From NCBI GenBank assembly GCA_964644135.1, contig CAZXWD010000005.1, positions 4,491-61,227 of the forward strand: a stretch of DNA of 56,737 nt, read 5' to 3'. The notes beneath the pieces are model-generated. The model saw nothing but the letters and a program-made list of their open reading frames with translations. It made no database searches and had not been told where the DNA came from. Positions within the stretch are counted from its first letter, which is position 1; each line of letters starts with the position of its first letter. This document shows, piece by piece, positions 19,538 through 29,080 of the stretch. The position numbers were made by a program, and so were the translations under genes. This stretch comes from an uncultured Bacteroidales bacterium. GTDB taxonomy: Bacteria; Bacteroidota; Bacteroidia; Bacteroidales; JAGOPY01.

Positions 19538-20575
19538 TTATTTCAATACTGTTTTACCAACTTTGCGGCAAATTTCTTCAACCCTTGTCAGATCTTTTAC
19601 GGGAAAATCAAGGTGGGTCACCATTCTTATTCTTCCAGGGCCAAAACCAATGGCCAGCAATCCTTCTTTTTTAAGTGCATCCAATATGCGGGAGTTAGTG
19701 AGCCCATTTATGAGGGTAAATATGATAATGTTGGTCTCCACCCTGTCAATCTCAGACACAAAAGACTGATTTTCAAGAATTTTCTCCAGCATACGGGCTT
19801 TTTGATGGTCCTGCTCAAGTCTTTCTATATTATTTTCGATCGCATATATACCGGCAGCGGCCAGGTAACCTGCCTGTCGCATTCCCCCGCCCATGACTTT
19901 TCTTTTCCTTCTGGATTCATTTATAAATTCTTTGTTTCCAATAAGTACTGACCCTACTGGGGCTCCCAGGCCTTTAGAGAGACATATGGAAACTGAATCA
20001 AACAAACTGCCTGTGTCTTCCGGGCTCGTACCCGATTCAGTGAGTGCATTGAAAATGCGGGCACCATCAAGGTGGAATTTCAATCCTTTTTCAATGCAAA
20101 GCCTGCTTATCTCCGCAAGGTCCTTATGATCATATACACTTCCTCCGCCACGGTTGGATGTGTTTTCTGCCACAACAAGGGTAGTCCTGGGATGGTGCAC
20201 ATCGTCGGGATTGATGTTTTCTTCAACCTGGGGGGCAGTGAATCTTCCCCTGTTTCCGTTTATTAAACGGACTGAACAGCCTGAATTATAGGCCAGTCCT
20301 CCACCCTCATAACGATAAACATGTGACCCCTGTTCGCAGATCACTTCGTCCCCCGGCCGGGTATGAACCTTCACAGCAATCTGGTTTGTCATTGTGCCGG
20401 AAGGGCAGAATAACGCCGACTCCTTACTAAACATTCGGGCAGTTATTTCTTCAAGCATGTTAACGGTTGGATCATCGCCAAACACATCATCACCTACGGG
20501 GGCGCTGAACATGGCTTCAAGCATAGCAGGGGAAGGGCGCGTAACAGTATCGCTCCTGAGATCTATATATTCCAT
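19538..20575 (-). CDS. ltaE: Low-specificity L-threonine aldolase
   Basis: IDLRSDTVTRP, GDDVFGDDP, PSGTMTNQ, HLDGARIFNA, CLSKGLGAPVG. Confidence 0.95.
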   Translation of the reverse strand: MEYIDLRSDTVTRPSPAMLEAMFSAPVGDDVFGDDPTVNMLEEITARMFSKESALFCPSGTMTNQIAVKVHTRPGDEVICEQGSHVYRYEGGGLAYNSGCSVRLINGNRGRFTAPQVEENINPDDVHHPRTTLVVAENTSNRGGGSVYDHKDLAEISRLCIEKGLKFHLDGARIFNALTESGTSPEDTGSLFDSVSICLSKGLGAPVGSVLIGNKEFINESRRKRKVMGGGMRQAGYLAAAGIYAIENNIERLEQDHQKARMLEKILENQSFVSEIDRVETNIIIFTLINGLTNSRILDALKKEGLLAIGFGPGRIRMVTHLDFPVKDLTRVEEICRKVGKTVLK

Positions 20576-20698
20576 TTACTTCAGTTTTTCCAAAATTAAA
20601 GGTTTCTACTATGGTTTGCGTACCAATGTTGAACAAAGATTCATTATCTTTACAATGGCCGGTTTATCCTCAGCATTATAAATCGAAAATCTTTTGCC

Positions 20699-21259
20699 AT
20701 GAGAATACTCGTGTTCCTTTTATGTATTGCATGCATGCTGGTTTTCAGTTCATGCTCCCACAAATGGAAAAATTACACCATCAAAGCAGGGTCCCACAGT
20801 AAAACAGAGATCAGTAAACCTCTGGTAGAGGTTGATGAGATCGAGTTCCTCTTCAGGACGAATGATTCCTGGTACTACTCTCCGCCTTCATCACCGGGAT
20901 GGAACAAGATCAGGGGATTTTCGCACGGTCATCACCATGATAACTCCTCGGCACGACTGGGTTACCAGTGCCTGAACGATACCCTGCTTGTAGTTGGTGG
21001 TTATTGCTATACCAACGGTGTAAGCCCGCAGGATAATCCTGCACAGAAGGGGATCATTGATACCATTGCCACAGATTCGGAGTATCATTGCCGGATCAAG
21101 TGGGAGAACGGAAAATACAAATTCTATTTCGAGGATAAATACTGGGAAGCCCCAGGCGGAACCTACAAGAGCTGGGGTTATAAGCTAAATCCCTATATCG
21201 GCGGCAGCTTTATTCTTGATCATGACTGGTATACACAGATCAAGGACCTGAAACCCTGA
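20699..21259 (+). CDS. Hypothetical lipoprotein, beta-rich
   Basis: Lipobox FSSC; 186-aa ORF; NKIRGFS..HH..SARLG and PYIGG motifs. Confidence 0.75.
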   Translation: MRILVFLLCIACMLVFSSCSHKWKNYTIKAGSHSKTEISKPLVEVDEIEFLFRTNDSWYYSPPSSPGWNKIRGFSHGHHHDNSSARLGYQCLNDTLLVVGGYCYTNGVSPQDNPAQKGIIDTIATDSEYHCRIKWENGKYKFYFEDKYWEAPGGTYKSWGYKLNPYIGGSFILDHDWYTQIKDLKP

Positions 21260-21288
21260 AAATCAATTAGATCAGTAAGAGTTCCTCA

Positions 21289-21609
21289 TCAGTCTTCATC
21301 AGGATTCTCCGAAGGTTCTACGAAATTGCCCTTGTCAACAGTTTCATCTTCACCGTCATCGCCTGAATGGACTTTTTCCATCTTCTGGTCTTCCTTTTCA
21401 AGATCGCTTTTAGAATCCACCTTAACAGGTATTTTCACCAAATACACGGCGTCTTCTGTTTCCAGTGTCACACCATGAAAAAATTCACCATTTGGCTTAT
21501 TGATTCGCCTCAGATGGTTCGACCACCCATCGGGGTAAAGCTCATGAAGCTTCCTCCGCATCTCGGGTGCCAGTTTTTCAATACTGGTAATAGCTCTTCT
21601 TTTGGTCAT
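21289..21609 (-). CDS. Small hypothetical protein with acidic C-terminal tail
   Basis: Start MTKRR at 21609; YPDG...LETEDAVYLVKI resembles a conserved Bacteroidota hypothetical; D/E-rich tail. Confidence 0.7.
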   Translation of the reverse strand: MTKRRAITSIEKLAPEMRRKLHELYPDGWSNHLRRINKPNGEFFHGVTLETEDAVYLVKIPVKVDSKSDLEKEDQKMEKVHSGDDGEDETVDKGNFVEPSENPDED

Positions 21610-21771
21610 TTTGATTGTGAATAAATACTTTCGAAATTTAGAATGAAAATCGATTGAAATCAAGTATTATTTTTGGTTATGGTCATTTTTTTTAGAAAAT
21701 CTTTCATACTGAGCCTCAAATTGTTCCATAGCCAGGAAGAAACAAAAAAAGTACGTCTTTGTTTAATGCTT

Positions 21772-22203
21772 ATGAAAGTTTTCAATCTGTCGTACAATGA
21801 TAAGGAATGCCTTGCCGAGGTCTATGCCATTACCGGTAAGCCTTATGGATTGATCCGGAGCCTCAGGAGAGGCGGTTCAGGCTCAGTAAGAGGCATATTG
21901 CTGGAAGCTCCGCTGGATATCATGAAATTGTTCGAAGGCTTTTCTTATCAAAAGTATTGCAACATACAGGAGATGACGAATGGGATCATCATTGGCTTCA
22001 GGTCAAGATTGGAATCTTATGGAATACCCATTGGTTTTAATGAGATAGCCCGGATGGATATTTTGAATTTAAAGGATCGAGAAGGCAAAGTGGTTCTTGA
22101 AATTGAAAATAAGCAGAATGAATCAATAAAGATTGAGTATTCAAGGTTTGAATCCAGCGCCATCCGTAAGTTCATAACCGGTCTTAAAAATAACATTGTC
22201 TGA
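21772..22203 (+). CDS. Conserved hypothetical protein
   Basis: Start MKVFNLSYND at 21772; GKPY..GGSGS..NI..NGIIIGFRSRLESY recalls a Bacteroidota hypothetical family. Confidence 0.7.
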   Translation: MKVFNLSYNDKECLAEVYAITGKPYGLIRSLRRGGSGSVRGILLEAPLDIMKLFEGFSYQKYCNIQEMTNGIIIGFRSRLESYGIPIGFNEIARMDILNLKDREGKVVLEIENKQNESIKIEYSRFESSAIRKFITGLKNNIV

Positions 22204-22251
22204 TTAATCTTCTTAAACAATCCTTTGAGCAGTAATCAGTGACTTCCATAA

Positions 22252-22279
22252 TTGTCCTATAATTAATATTATGTTAAAT
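22252..22279 (+). other. dif: XerC/XerD dif recombination site (chromosome dimer resolution)
   Basis: TTGTCCTATAA-TTAATA-TTATGTTAAAT: 11-6-11 layout; XerD arm identical to E. coli dif; C arm ends in ATAA; intergenic between convergent genes. Confidence 0.85.
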
Positions 22280-22297
22280 TGCTTACTGAGTAACTAT

Positions 22298-22325
22298 AGT
22301 CACTGAGTGAAATATTATGTTAAAT
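22298..22325 (+). other. Second, degenerate dif-like site (perfect XerD arm, divergent C arm)
   Basis: AGTCACTGAGT-GAAATA-TTATGTTAAAT. Confidence 0.5.
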
Positions 22326-22339
22326 AGTGTCTTTATTAT

Positions 22340-22371
22340 AAAGGGAGGACTCCTTCTGGCATCCTCCCTTT
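22340..22371. terminator. Hairpin, probable terminator between convergent genes
   Basis: AAAGGGAGGA-N12-TCCTCCCTTT. Confidence 0.55.
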
Positions 22372-22403
22372 CGTCTATATCTTAATTCCTTATTTCAGAT
22401 CAA

Positions 22404-23543
22404 TCATTTCTCAAGCTTAGCATTTACAGCTTTAAGTTTTTCTTGCATGCCAAGACGGGTGTATATCTCTTTCAATGATACAAGAGTATTCACATCGTTA
22501 GGCTGCAGTTCAATGGCCTTTTCAAGGTATGGTAAAGACTTCTTCAGCAAATCATCAGCTTTTGCTTTTTCTGCATCGTATTCATCTACGGCATCCAATG
22601 GAAGGTCATTGGCTTTTTCAAGAATTTTGGCTGCCTTGTTAACATACAAAGCCCCAATGTTATAATTAGCCTCAAAATAATCCGGATCCAGGTTGATAGC
22701 GTTTTTATAAGCATCTTCTGCCTTCTCAAACATTCCAAGCTGATCGTAGTTTGTTCCCACCGCAAAGAAGATGGTCGGGTTTGTTTTATCTTTCTCTATA
22801 GCTTTTTCGAGATTTTCCAGCGCCTTCTTGGTGTCATTTCTGGCAAGGTAAATATTGGTTTCAGAAATGAGAAGGTCAAAATTCTCCGGGTAGATCTCCC
22901 TGGCGGTCTTCAAGACTTCCAGGGCTTCTGTGGTATCCCCCATTGCCTTATTGATTTCAGACATTGATATATAAATCTCAGGATTGCTGTAATCAAGCTC
23001 CAGGACTTTATCGTAATAGTCGAGGGCCTTCTCGTTCTCTCCTGCCAGCCCGGCAGATACAGCGGCATTGAACATCGAAATGGTATCGGTCCTTCCTATT
23101 TCACTGTAAACATCAAAAGTATTCTTGAACTGATCGGAGGCCTCTGAAAAATTATTGTCATTGTAGGCCATAACACCTTTATTATAATATCCTTGTGCCA
23201 GGCCGGCCATGTTCAATTTGATCTGTTCAACATACTTCTCCTTTTCGTCATATTGTACCGACTTTTGATATGACTCATAAGCAATATCAATTGCATTAGG
23301 CACCTTTTTATACAAAGATGAATCTACACCGGCAGCAATGTCCTGGTAAATGGCACCTCTGTAAAACCATGCCTTGGGATCGGCCATTGTTTTTTCGTGT
23401 TCAACGGCTTCATCTATGGCTTCCTTTGCCTTTTCGAGCTTTCCGTTTCTCTGGTAGTTGTAGGCAGTAACAACTTTACTTCTCTGAGCAAACCCCGCTG
23501 ATACCAATAAGATCAGGGTTAATATCAAAGCAATCTTTTTCAT
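22404..23543 (-). CDS. Exported tetratricopeptide-repeat protein
   Basis: Signal peptide; multiple TPR helices; directly downstream of gyrA. Confidence 0.88.
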   Translation of the reverse strand: MKKIALILTLILLVSAGFAQRSKVVTAYNYQRNGKLEKAKEAIDEAVEHEKTMADPKAWFYRGAIYQDIAAGVDSSLYKKVPNAIDIAYESYQKSVQYDEKEKYVEQIKLNMAGLAQGYYNKGVMAYNDNNFSEASDQFKNTFDVYSEIGRTDTISMFNAAVSAGLAGENEKALDYYDKVLELDYSNPEIYISMSEINKAMGDTTEALEVLKTAREIYPENFDLLISETNIYLARNDTKKALENLEKAIEKDKTNPTIFFAVGTNYDQLGMFEKAEDAYKNAINLDPDYFEANYNIGALYVNKAAKILEKANDLPLDAVDEYDAEKAKADDLLKKSLPYLEKAIELQPNDVNTLVSLKEIYTRLGMQEKLKAVNAKLEK

Positions 23544-23569
23544 ATCAGGTTTTTTTGTGAATTAAGTAA

Positions 23570-23577
23570 CAAATGTA
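23570..23577 (-). promoter_or_regulatory. sigmaA -7 element (TACATTTG) for the TPR gene
   Basis: Exact TAnnTTTG about 27 nt before ATG. Confidence 0.5.
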
Positions 23578-23639
23578 TAAATTCTCATGAGATATGTCCA
23601 AACACTTTGCCAAAAATACTTTTTTGGTTTAAAACCTTG

Positions 23640-26126
23640 TTATTCAGCGCTTTCTATTTCATCCTCATCTTCCTCAACCGGATCAACGGCCTCAACTCTT
23701 GCCACTGAAGCAATGATATCGTCATCCCTGAGGTTTATGAGCTTCACACCCTGGGTAGCCCTACCCATAACCCTGAGGTCAGATATACCCATTCTTATAA
23801 TGATTCCCGACCTATTTATGATCATCAGATCGTCCTCGTCGCTCACTTCCTTGATTGTAATAAGCTGGCCGGTTTTTTCGGTCACGTTTAGTGTCTTGAC
23901 CCCTTTGCCTCCCCTGTTGGTAACCCTGTAATCTTCAAGCCGGGAACGCTTTCCGTATCCATTTTCTGAAACCACCAGTATGTCGTAGTTGCCATTTTCC
24001 ACACAAACCATTCCCACTACTTCATCTTTGGGGCCTGCAAGGGTTATCCCCCTCACTCCTGCAGCATTCCTGCCCATTGCCCGTACCTTGGATTCGTGGA
24101 ACCTGATTGCCCTGCCTGATTTAACAGCCATCAATATTTCGTTCTCTCCATTTGTCAGTTTGGCCCTCAGCAGTTCGTCCCCCTCATTGATGGTAATGGC
24201 ATTGATACCGTTTTGCCTTGGCCTCGAATACGCCTCGAGCGGAGTCTTTTTAATGACCCCTTTCCTGGTGCACATTACTATGTACTTGCTTTTAATATAC
24301 TCCAGGTCTTTGAGGTCTTTTGTGTTTATGTAGGCACGCACCCTGTCATCAACGGGGATACTGATGAGATTCTGTATGGCCCGTCCTTTGGATGTTTTTG
24401 TGCCTTCCGGTATCTCAAATACCCTGAGCCAGTAGCATCTTCCCATTTCGGTGAAAAACAACAGGTAATCGTGGTTGTATGCCACAAAAAGGTGCTCTAC
24501 AAAATCTTCATCTCTTGTCACGCTGCCCCTGGAACCTCTTCCTCCCCTGCCCTGCTTACGATATTCATTGAGGGATGTACGCTTGATGTAACCCAGGTGC
24601 GATATTGTGATCACAACTTCCTCGTTGGGAACGGTATCCTCAATCCTGAAGTCCTCAGCCGAGAATTCGATCTTCGTCCGGGGTTCGTCATTAAATTTTT
24701 CTTTCAGTTCGAGCATTTCCTCCTTAATGATCTCCATCCTCATTGGTTCATCGGAAAGGATCTTTTTGTAATGCTCTATCTTATTCATCAACTCATCATA
24801 CTCTTCCTTAATTTTCCCCCTCTCGAGCCCCGTGAGCCTTTGAAGCCGCATATCGAGGATTGCTTTGGCCTGAATTTCTGTCAGACCGAATTGTGAAATA
24901 AGCCCTTCCTTTGCTTCGTCAGGTGTCTGGGACCCCCTTATCAGTGCGATCACCTCGTCGAGATTATCAAGGGCTATCAGCAAGCCTTCCAGTACGTGGG
25001 CCCTGTTCTCAGCCTGTTTCAGCTCATATTCAGTGCGCCTGACCACCACGTCATGCCTGTGGTCGACAAAATGGCGGATAAGGTCCTTAAGGTTTAGCGT
25101 ACGGGGCCTGCCGTTCACCAGCGCTACATTGTTCACATTGAATGAGGTCTGAAGCGGTGTCATCTGGTAAAGCTTGTTCTTTACCACATTGGCAACTGCT
25201 TCTCTTTTAAGCTCATAGACTATCCGAAGCCCTTTTCTGTCCGATTCGTCTCTTATGTCGGATATTCCTTCGATCTTCTTATCTATTACAAGGTCGGCGG
25301 TTTTCCTGATCATTTCGGCTTTGTTGACCATATAAGGGATTGAAGTGGCAATCAGCCTTATCCTTCCGTTCGGCATCTCCTCTTCCTCCATTTCGCCCCG
25401 TATCAGGATCCGTCCTTTTCCTGTTTCAAACGCTTCCCTGACTCCGTCGTACCCATAAATGATCCCGCCTGTCGGAAAGTCAGGCGCCTTTATGTGTTCC
25501 ATTAACTCAGGGATCGTAATTTCCTTATTCTCAATATATGCAACAATTCCATCAACTACCTGCCCCAGGTTATGCGGAGCCATGTTGGTAGCCATGCCCA
25601 CAGCAATACCCGAAGCGCCGTTTACTAGCAGGCAGGGAAGTTTTGATGGCAGCACGGAAGGTTCTTTCAGGGTATCGTCGAAATTCAATTGGAAATCTAC
25701 AGTATCCTTATCAATATCGGTGAGCATCTCCTCGGCTACTTTTTTAAGCCTTGCTTCTGTGTAACGCATTGCAGCCGGGCTGTCACCATCTATAGACCCG
25801 AAGTTGCCCTGTCCGTCAACAACCGGGTAACGCAACGACCAGGGCTGTGCCATTCTGACCATTGCATCGTATACCGAAGAATCGCCGTGCGGATGATACT
25901 TACCAAGCACCTCCCCTACTATCCTTGCCGATTTCTTGTAAGACCTGTTTGAATAAACACCCAGGTCCATCATACCGTACAATACCCTTCTGTGCACCGG
26001 CTTTAAGCCATCTCTTACATCCGGCAGGGCACGTGACACAATGACCGACATCGAATAGTCGATATAGGCCGCCTTCATTTGAGACTCAAGGTTTACCCTT
26101 AGTATCTTTTCTTCAGAAGATTCCAT
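23640..26126 (-). CDS. gyrA: DNA gyrase subunit A
   Basis: [15 protein letters not shown] catalytic Tyr, QGRGGRG GyrA-box, C-terminal pinwheel repeats. Confidence 0.99.
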   Translation of the reverse strand: MESSEEKILRVNLESQMKAAYIDYSMSVIVSRALPDVRDGLKPVHRRVLYGMMDLGVYSNRSYKKSARIVGEVLGKYHPHGDSSVYDAMVRMAQPWSLRYPVVDGQGNFGSIDGDSPAAMRYTEARLKKVAEEMLTDIDKDTVDFQLNFDDTLKEPSVLPSKLPCLLVNGASGIAVGMATNMAPHNLGQVVDGIVAYIENKEITIPELMEHIKAPDFPTGGIIYGYDGVREAFETGKGRILIRGEMEEEEMPNGRIRLIATSIPYMVNKAEMIRKTADLVIDKKIEGISDIRDESDRKGLRIVYELKREAVANVVKNKLYQMTPLQTSFNVNNVALVNGRPRTLNLKDLIRHFVDHRHDVVVRRTEYELKQAENRAHVLEGLLIALDNLDEVIALIRGSQTPDEAKEGLISQFGLTEIQAKAILDMRLQRLTGLERGKIKEEYDELMNKIEHYKKILSDEPMRMEIIKEEMLELKEKFNDEPRTKIEFSAEDFRIEDTVPNEEVVITISHLGYIKRTSLNEYRKQGRGGRGSRGSVTRDEDFVEHLFVAYNHDYLLFFTEMGRCYWLRVFEIPEGTKTSKGRAIQNLISIPVDDRVRAYINTKDLKDLEYIKSKYIVMCTRKGVIKKTPLEAYSRPRQNGINAITINEGDELLRAKLTNGENEILMAVKSGRAIRFHESKVRAMGRNAAGVRGITLAGPKDEVVGMVCVENGNYDILVVSENGYGKRSRLEDYRVTNRGGKGVKTLNVTEKTGQLITIKEVSDEDDLMIINRSGIIIRMGISDLRVMGRATQGVKLINLRDDDIIASVARVEAVDPVEEDEDEIESAE

Positions 26127-26394
26127 TGTTAGTTCTTAAATATCTAAAAATCAATATTTTGAGTTGTTAAATCAGAAGATACGAAGATAATTATTTTTAT
26201 CTGAACCAGAACGGTTATTAATTTGTTTAATATCAACATTTTCCTGTTCAAATGTTTATATTTTTTTTTGAATTATTTGGACAGATGAACTATAGATTTG
26301 GAAGTGAATCGCAGCATAATGAAACTTGCTCCTGCTATACCCCGGACCAGACTAAAAACAGGCAGTTCAATTTGGTTTTACAGCTTGTCGGTTT

Positions 26395-26409
26395 TGGCAT
26401 GGAATGTGC
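26395..26409 (+). promoter_or_regulatory. sigma54-like -24/-12 motif upstream of clpC
   Basis: TGGCATGGAATGTGC = GG-N10-GC. Confidence 0.5.
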
Positions 26410-26421
26410 GATTCATTTTTA

Positions 26422-26429
26422 TAACTTTG
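26422..26429 (+). promoter_or_regulatory. sigmaA -7 element (TAACTTTG) for clpC
   Basis: Exact TAnnTTTG 24 nt before ATG. Confidence 0.55.
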
Positions 26430-26452
26430 TAAATATCAGAATGAGGTTTTAA

Positions 26453-28993
26453 ATGGAAGCTAAATTTTCACAAAGAGTAAAAGATGTCCTGAGTTACAGC
26501 AGAGAAGAAGCACTTCGCCTGGGAAATGATTATATCGGCCTGGAGCATATGCTTCTTGGAATATTGCGCGAAGGTGAAGGGCTTGCCGTACAGCTTATAC
26601 TTGACTTCGGAATTGATTTGAACGATCTGCGGCAGTCGATAGAAAAGGCTGTTGCCAACAATAACGAGATAAAATCGATGCCTGAAAACCTGCCACTGAT
26701 AAGGCAGGCCGAAAGGGCACTCAAGATCACATACCTGGAAGCCAAGCTTTTCAACAGCGAACTTATAGGCACTGAACACCTGCTTTTATCCATCCTCAAG
26801 GATGAAGATAATATAGTGACAAAGACATTTGAAAAATACGGTGTGGATTACGACCTTGTAAAAGATGAGTTGAAATCCATTATCAAGGAAAACAATCCGA
26901 AAACATTCGATAACCCCAGGAACGATATAACAGGAGATCCTGATGATGAATCGGATGAGGCAACCCGGAGCTACGGCGGCGGGGTTAGGAAGTCCACAGA
27001 AGCCAAATCCAAGACACCCGTACTTGATAATTTTGGCCGCGACCTTACAAAATCAGCCGAAGATGGAAGGCTTGACCCGATAGTCGGCCGGGAAAAGGAA
27101 CTGGAGCGTATAGCACAGATCCTCAGCAGGAGAAAAAAGAACAATCCTATATTAATAGGTGAACCCGGGGTGGGAAAGTCGGCCATAGCCGAAGGGCTGG
27201 CTGAAAGGATAGTCAACAGGCAGGTTTCCAGAGCATTGTTCGATAAGAGAATTGTTACGCTGGACCTTGCTTCTCTCGTTGCCGGTACGAAATACCGCGG
27301 ACAATTTGAAGAGAGGATGAAAGCCGTGCTTAATGAGCTGGAAAAGAACCCTGATATCATTCTCTTCATTGATGAGATCCACACGATCGTTGGTGCCGGA
27401 AATGCATCGGGTTCGCTCGATGCATCCAATATGTTCAAGCCTGCACTCGCAAGAGGTGAAATACAGTGCATCGGTGCCACTACCCTGGATGAATACCGCC
27501 AGTATATTGAGAAGGACGGCGCGCTGGAAAGAAGGTTCCAGAAGGTACTTGTCGATCCCACCAATTCTGACGAGACCATAGAGATCCTAAACAACATCAA
27601 GGAAAAATACGAGGACCACCACCTGGTGAAATTCACCCCTGCAGCAATCAAAGCTTGCGTATCGCTCACAAACAGGTACGTAACTGACCGTTACCTGCCC
27701 GATAAGGCCATAGATGCCCTTGATGAAGCAGGAGCAAGGGTGCATATCACCAATATTCACGTTCCGGCACAGATCATCGACATCGAAAACCGGATAGAAG
27801 AGGTCAAGAAAAAGAAAACAGAGGCCATCAACAGCCAGAAATTCGAAGAAGCTGCCGAATTCCGTGATATGGAAAGAAAGCTCCAGGATTCCCTGTCTGT
27901 TGAGAAGAAAAGGTGGGAAGAGGAATCGAAGATCAACCGCGAAACAGTAAATGAAGAAAATGTTGCAGAGGTCATTGCCATGATGACGGGAATACCCGTT
28001 CAGCGTATCGCGCAGAATGAAGGTGAAAGGCTTGTCAACATGGAAACCGACCTGGCTGATTCCGTGATCGGACAGAATGAGGCGATCAAAAAGGTTGTCA
28101 AGGCGATCAGAAGGAACAGGGCCGGCCTGAAAGACCCGAAAAAACCCATTGGCTCTTTCATTTTCCTCGGGCCTACAGGTGTGGGTAAAACACACCTTGC
28201 AAAGATACTGGCCAGATACCTTTTCGATTCCGAAGACGCCCTTGTAAGGGTGGATATGAGCGAGTATATGGAGAAATTCGCAGTCTCCAGGCTTGTTGGG
28301 GCACCCCCGGGATATGTCGGGTATGAAGAGGGCGGACAGCTCACCGAAAAGGTAAGGCGGAAACCTTACTCCATTGTGCTTCTCGATGAAATTGAAAAAG
28401 CACATCCTGATGTGTTCCACTTGCTGCTACAGGTGCTCGATGACGGTGTTCTTACCGACAGCCTTGGACGCAGAGTTGATTTCAAGAATACGATCATTAT
28501 AATGACTTCAAACATTGGCTCACGCCAGTTGAAGGACTTTGGTGAGGGGGTTGGTTTTACAACCTCTGCAAAAAAAGCTTCCCGGTCTACCCATGCCCGT
28601 GGTGTAATAGAGAATGCCCTCAAAAAGACTTTTGCACCTGAATTCCTGAACAGAGTGGACGATGTTGTCATATTTGATTCGCTTGAAATCGAAGCAATCC
28701 ATAAGATCATCGACATTGAACTCAAAGACCTCTATGCAAGGATTGAGGACCTCGGATATAAACTGAAGCTTACCAAGAAAGCGAAAGACTTCATTGTGGA
28801 AAAAGGCTGGGATGCCCAGTTCGGCGCAAGGCCACTGAAACGTGCCCTGCAAAAGTATGTTGAGGATCCGCTTGCCGAAGAGATCATCAAGAAAAAGGTC
28901 AGTGAAGGCGATGTGCTCGTAATCGACTACGACACAAAGAAAGAAGACGTTATGGTGAAAATCGGGAAGACCGAAATGATCGATTCGAAATAG
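26453..28993 (+). CDS. clpC: ATP-dependent Clp protease ATP-binding subunit (ClpC-like)
   Basis: Clp N repeats; two AAA+ modules (GEPGVGKS, GPTGVGKT); UVR coil FEEAAEFRD. Confidence 0.95.
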   Translation: MEAKFSQRVKDVLSYSREEALRLGNDYIGLEHMLLGILREGEGLAVQLILDFGIDLNDLRQSIEKAVANNNEIKSMPENLPLIRQAERALKITYLEAKLFNSELIGTEHLLLSILKDEDNIVTKTFEKYGVDYDLVKDELKSIIKENNPKTFDNPRNDITGDPDDESDEATRSYGGGVRKSTEAKSKTPVLDNFGRDLTKSAEDGRLDPIVGREKELERIAQILSRRKKNNPILIGEPGVGKSAIAEGLAERIVNRQVSRALFDKRIVTLDLASLVAGTKYRGQFEERMKAVLNELEKNPDIILFIDEIHTIVGAGNASGSLDASNMFKPALARGEIQCIGATTLDEYRQYIEKDGALERRFQKVLVDPTNSDETIEILNNIKEKYEDHHLVKFTPAAIKACVSLTNRYVTDRYLPDKAIDALDEAGARVHITNIHVPAQIIDIENRIEEVKKKKTEAINSQKFEEAAEFRDMERKLQDSLSVEKKRWEEESKINRETVNEENVAEVIAMMTGIPVQRIAQNEGERLVNMETDLADSVIGQNEAIKKVVKAIRRNRAGLKDPKKPIGSFIFLGPTGVGKTHLAKILARYLFDSEDALVRVDMSEYMEKFAVSRLVGAPPGYVGYEEGGQLTEKVRRKPYSIVLLDEIEKAHPDVFHLLLQVLDDGVLTDSLGRRVDFKNTIIIMTSNIGSRQLKDFGEGVGFTTSAKKASRSTHARGVIENALKKTFAPEFLNRVDDVVIFDSLEIEAIHKIIDIELKDLYARIEDLGYKLKLTKKAKDFIVEKGWDAQFGARPLKRALQKYVEDPLAEEIIKKKVSEGDVLVIDYDTKKEDVMVKIGKTEMIDSK

Positions 28994-29054
28994 CCTGTAA
29001 TTACCATTTTCCGTATTCTGCTTCTGTCCGTCAGTTTGCAAGAGATCATTTTTA

Positions 29055-29062
29055 TATCTTTG
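29055..29062 (+). promoter_or_regulatory. sigmaA -7 element (TATCTTTG) for the acyl-CoA dehydrogenase
   Basis: Exact TAnnTTTG 19 nt before ATG 29081. Confidence 0.6.
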
Positions 29063-29080
29063 CCCCGATTTTCAAAACTG

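Noticed and set aside
24213-24896. 227-aa + strand ORF
   Set aside because: Lies wholly antisense to gyrA; shadow ORF with no recognisable motifs.
26971-29041. Long minus-strand ORFs (232, 277 and 173 aa)
   Set aside because: Antisense shadows of clpC.
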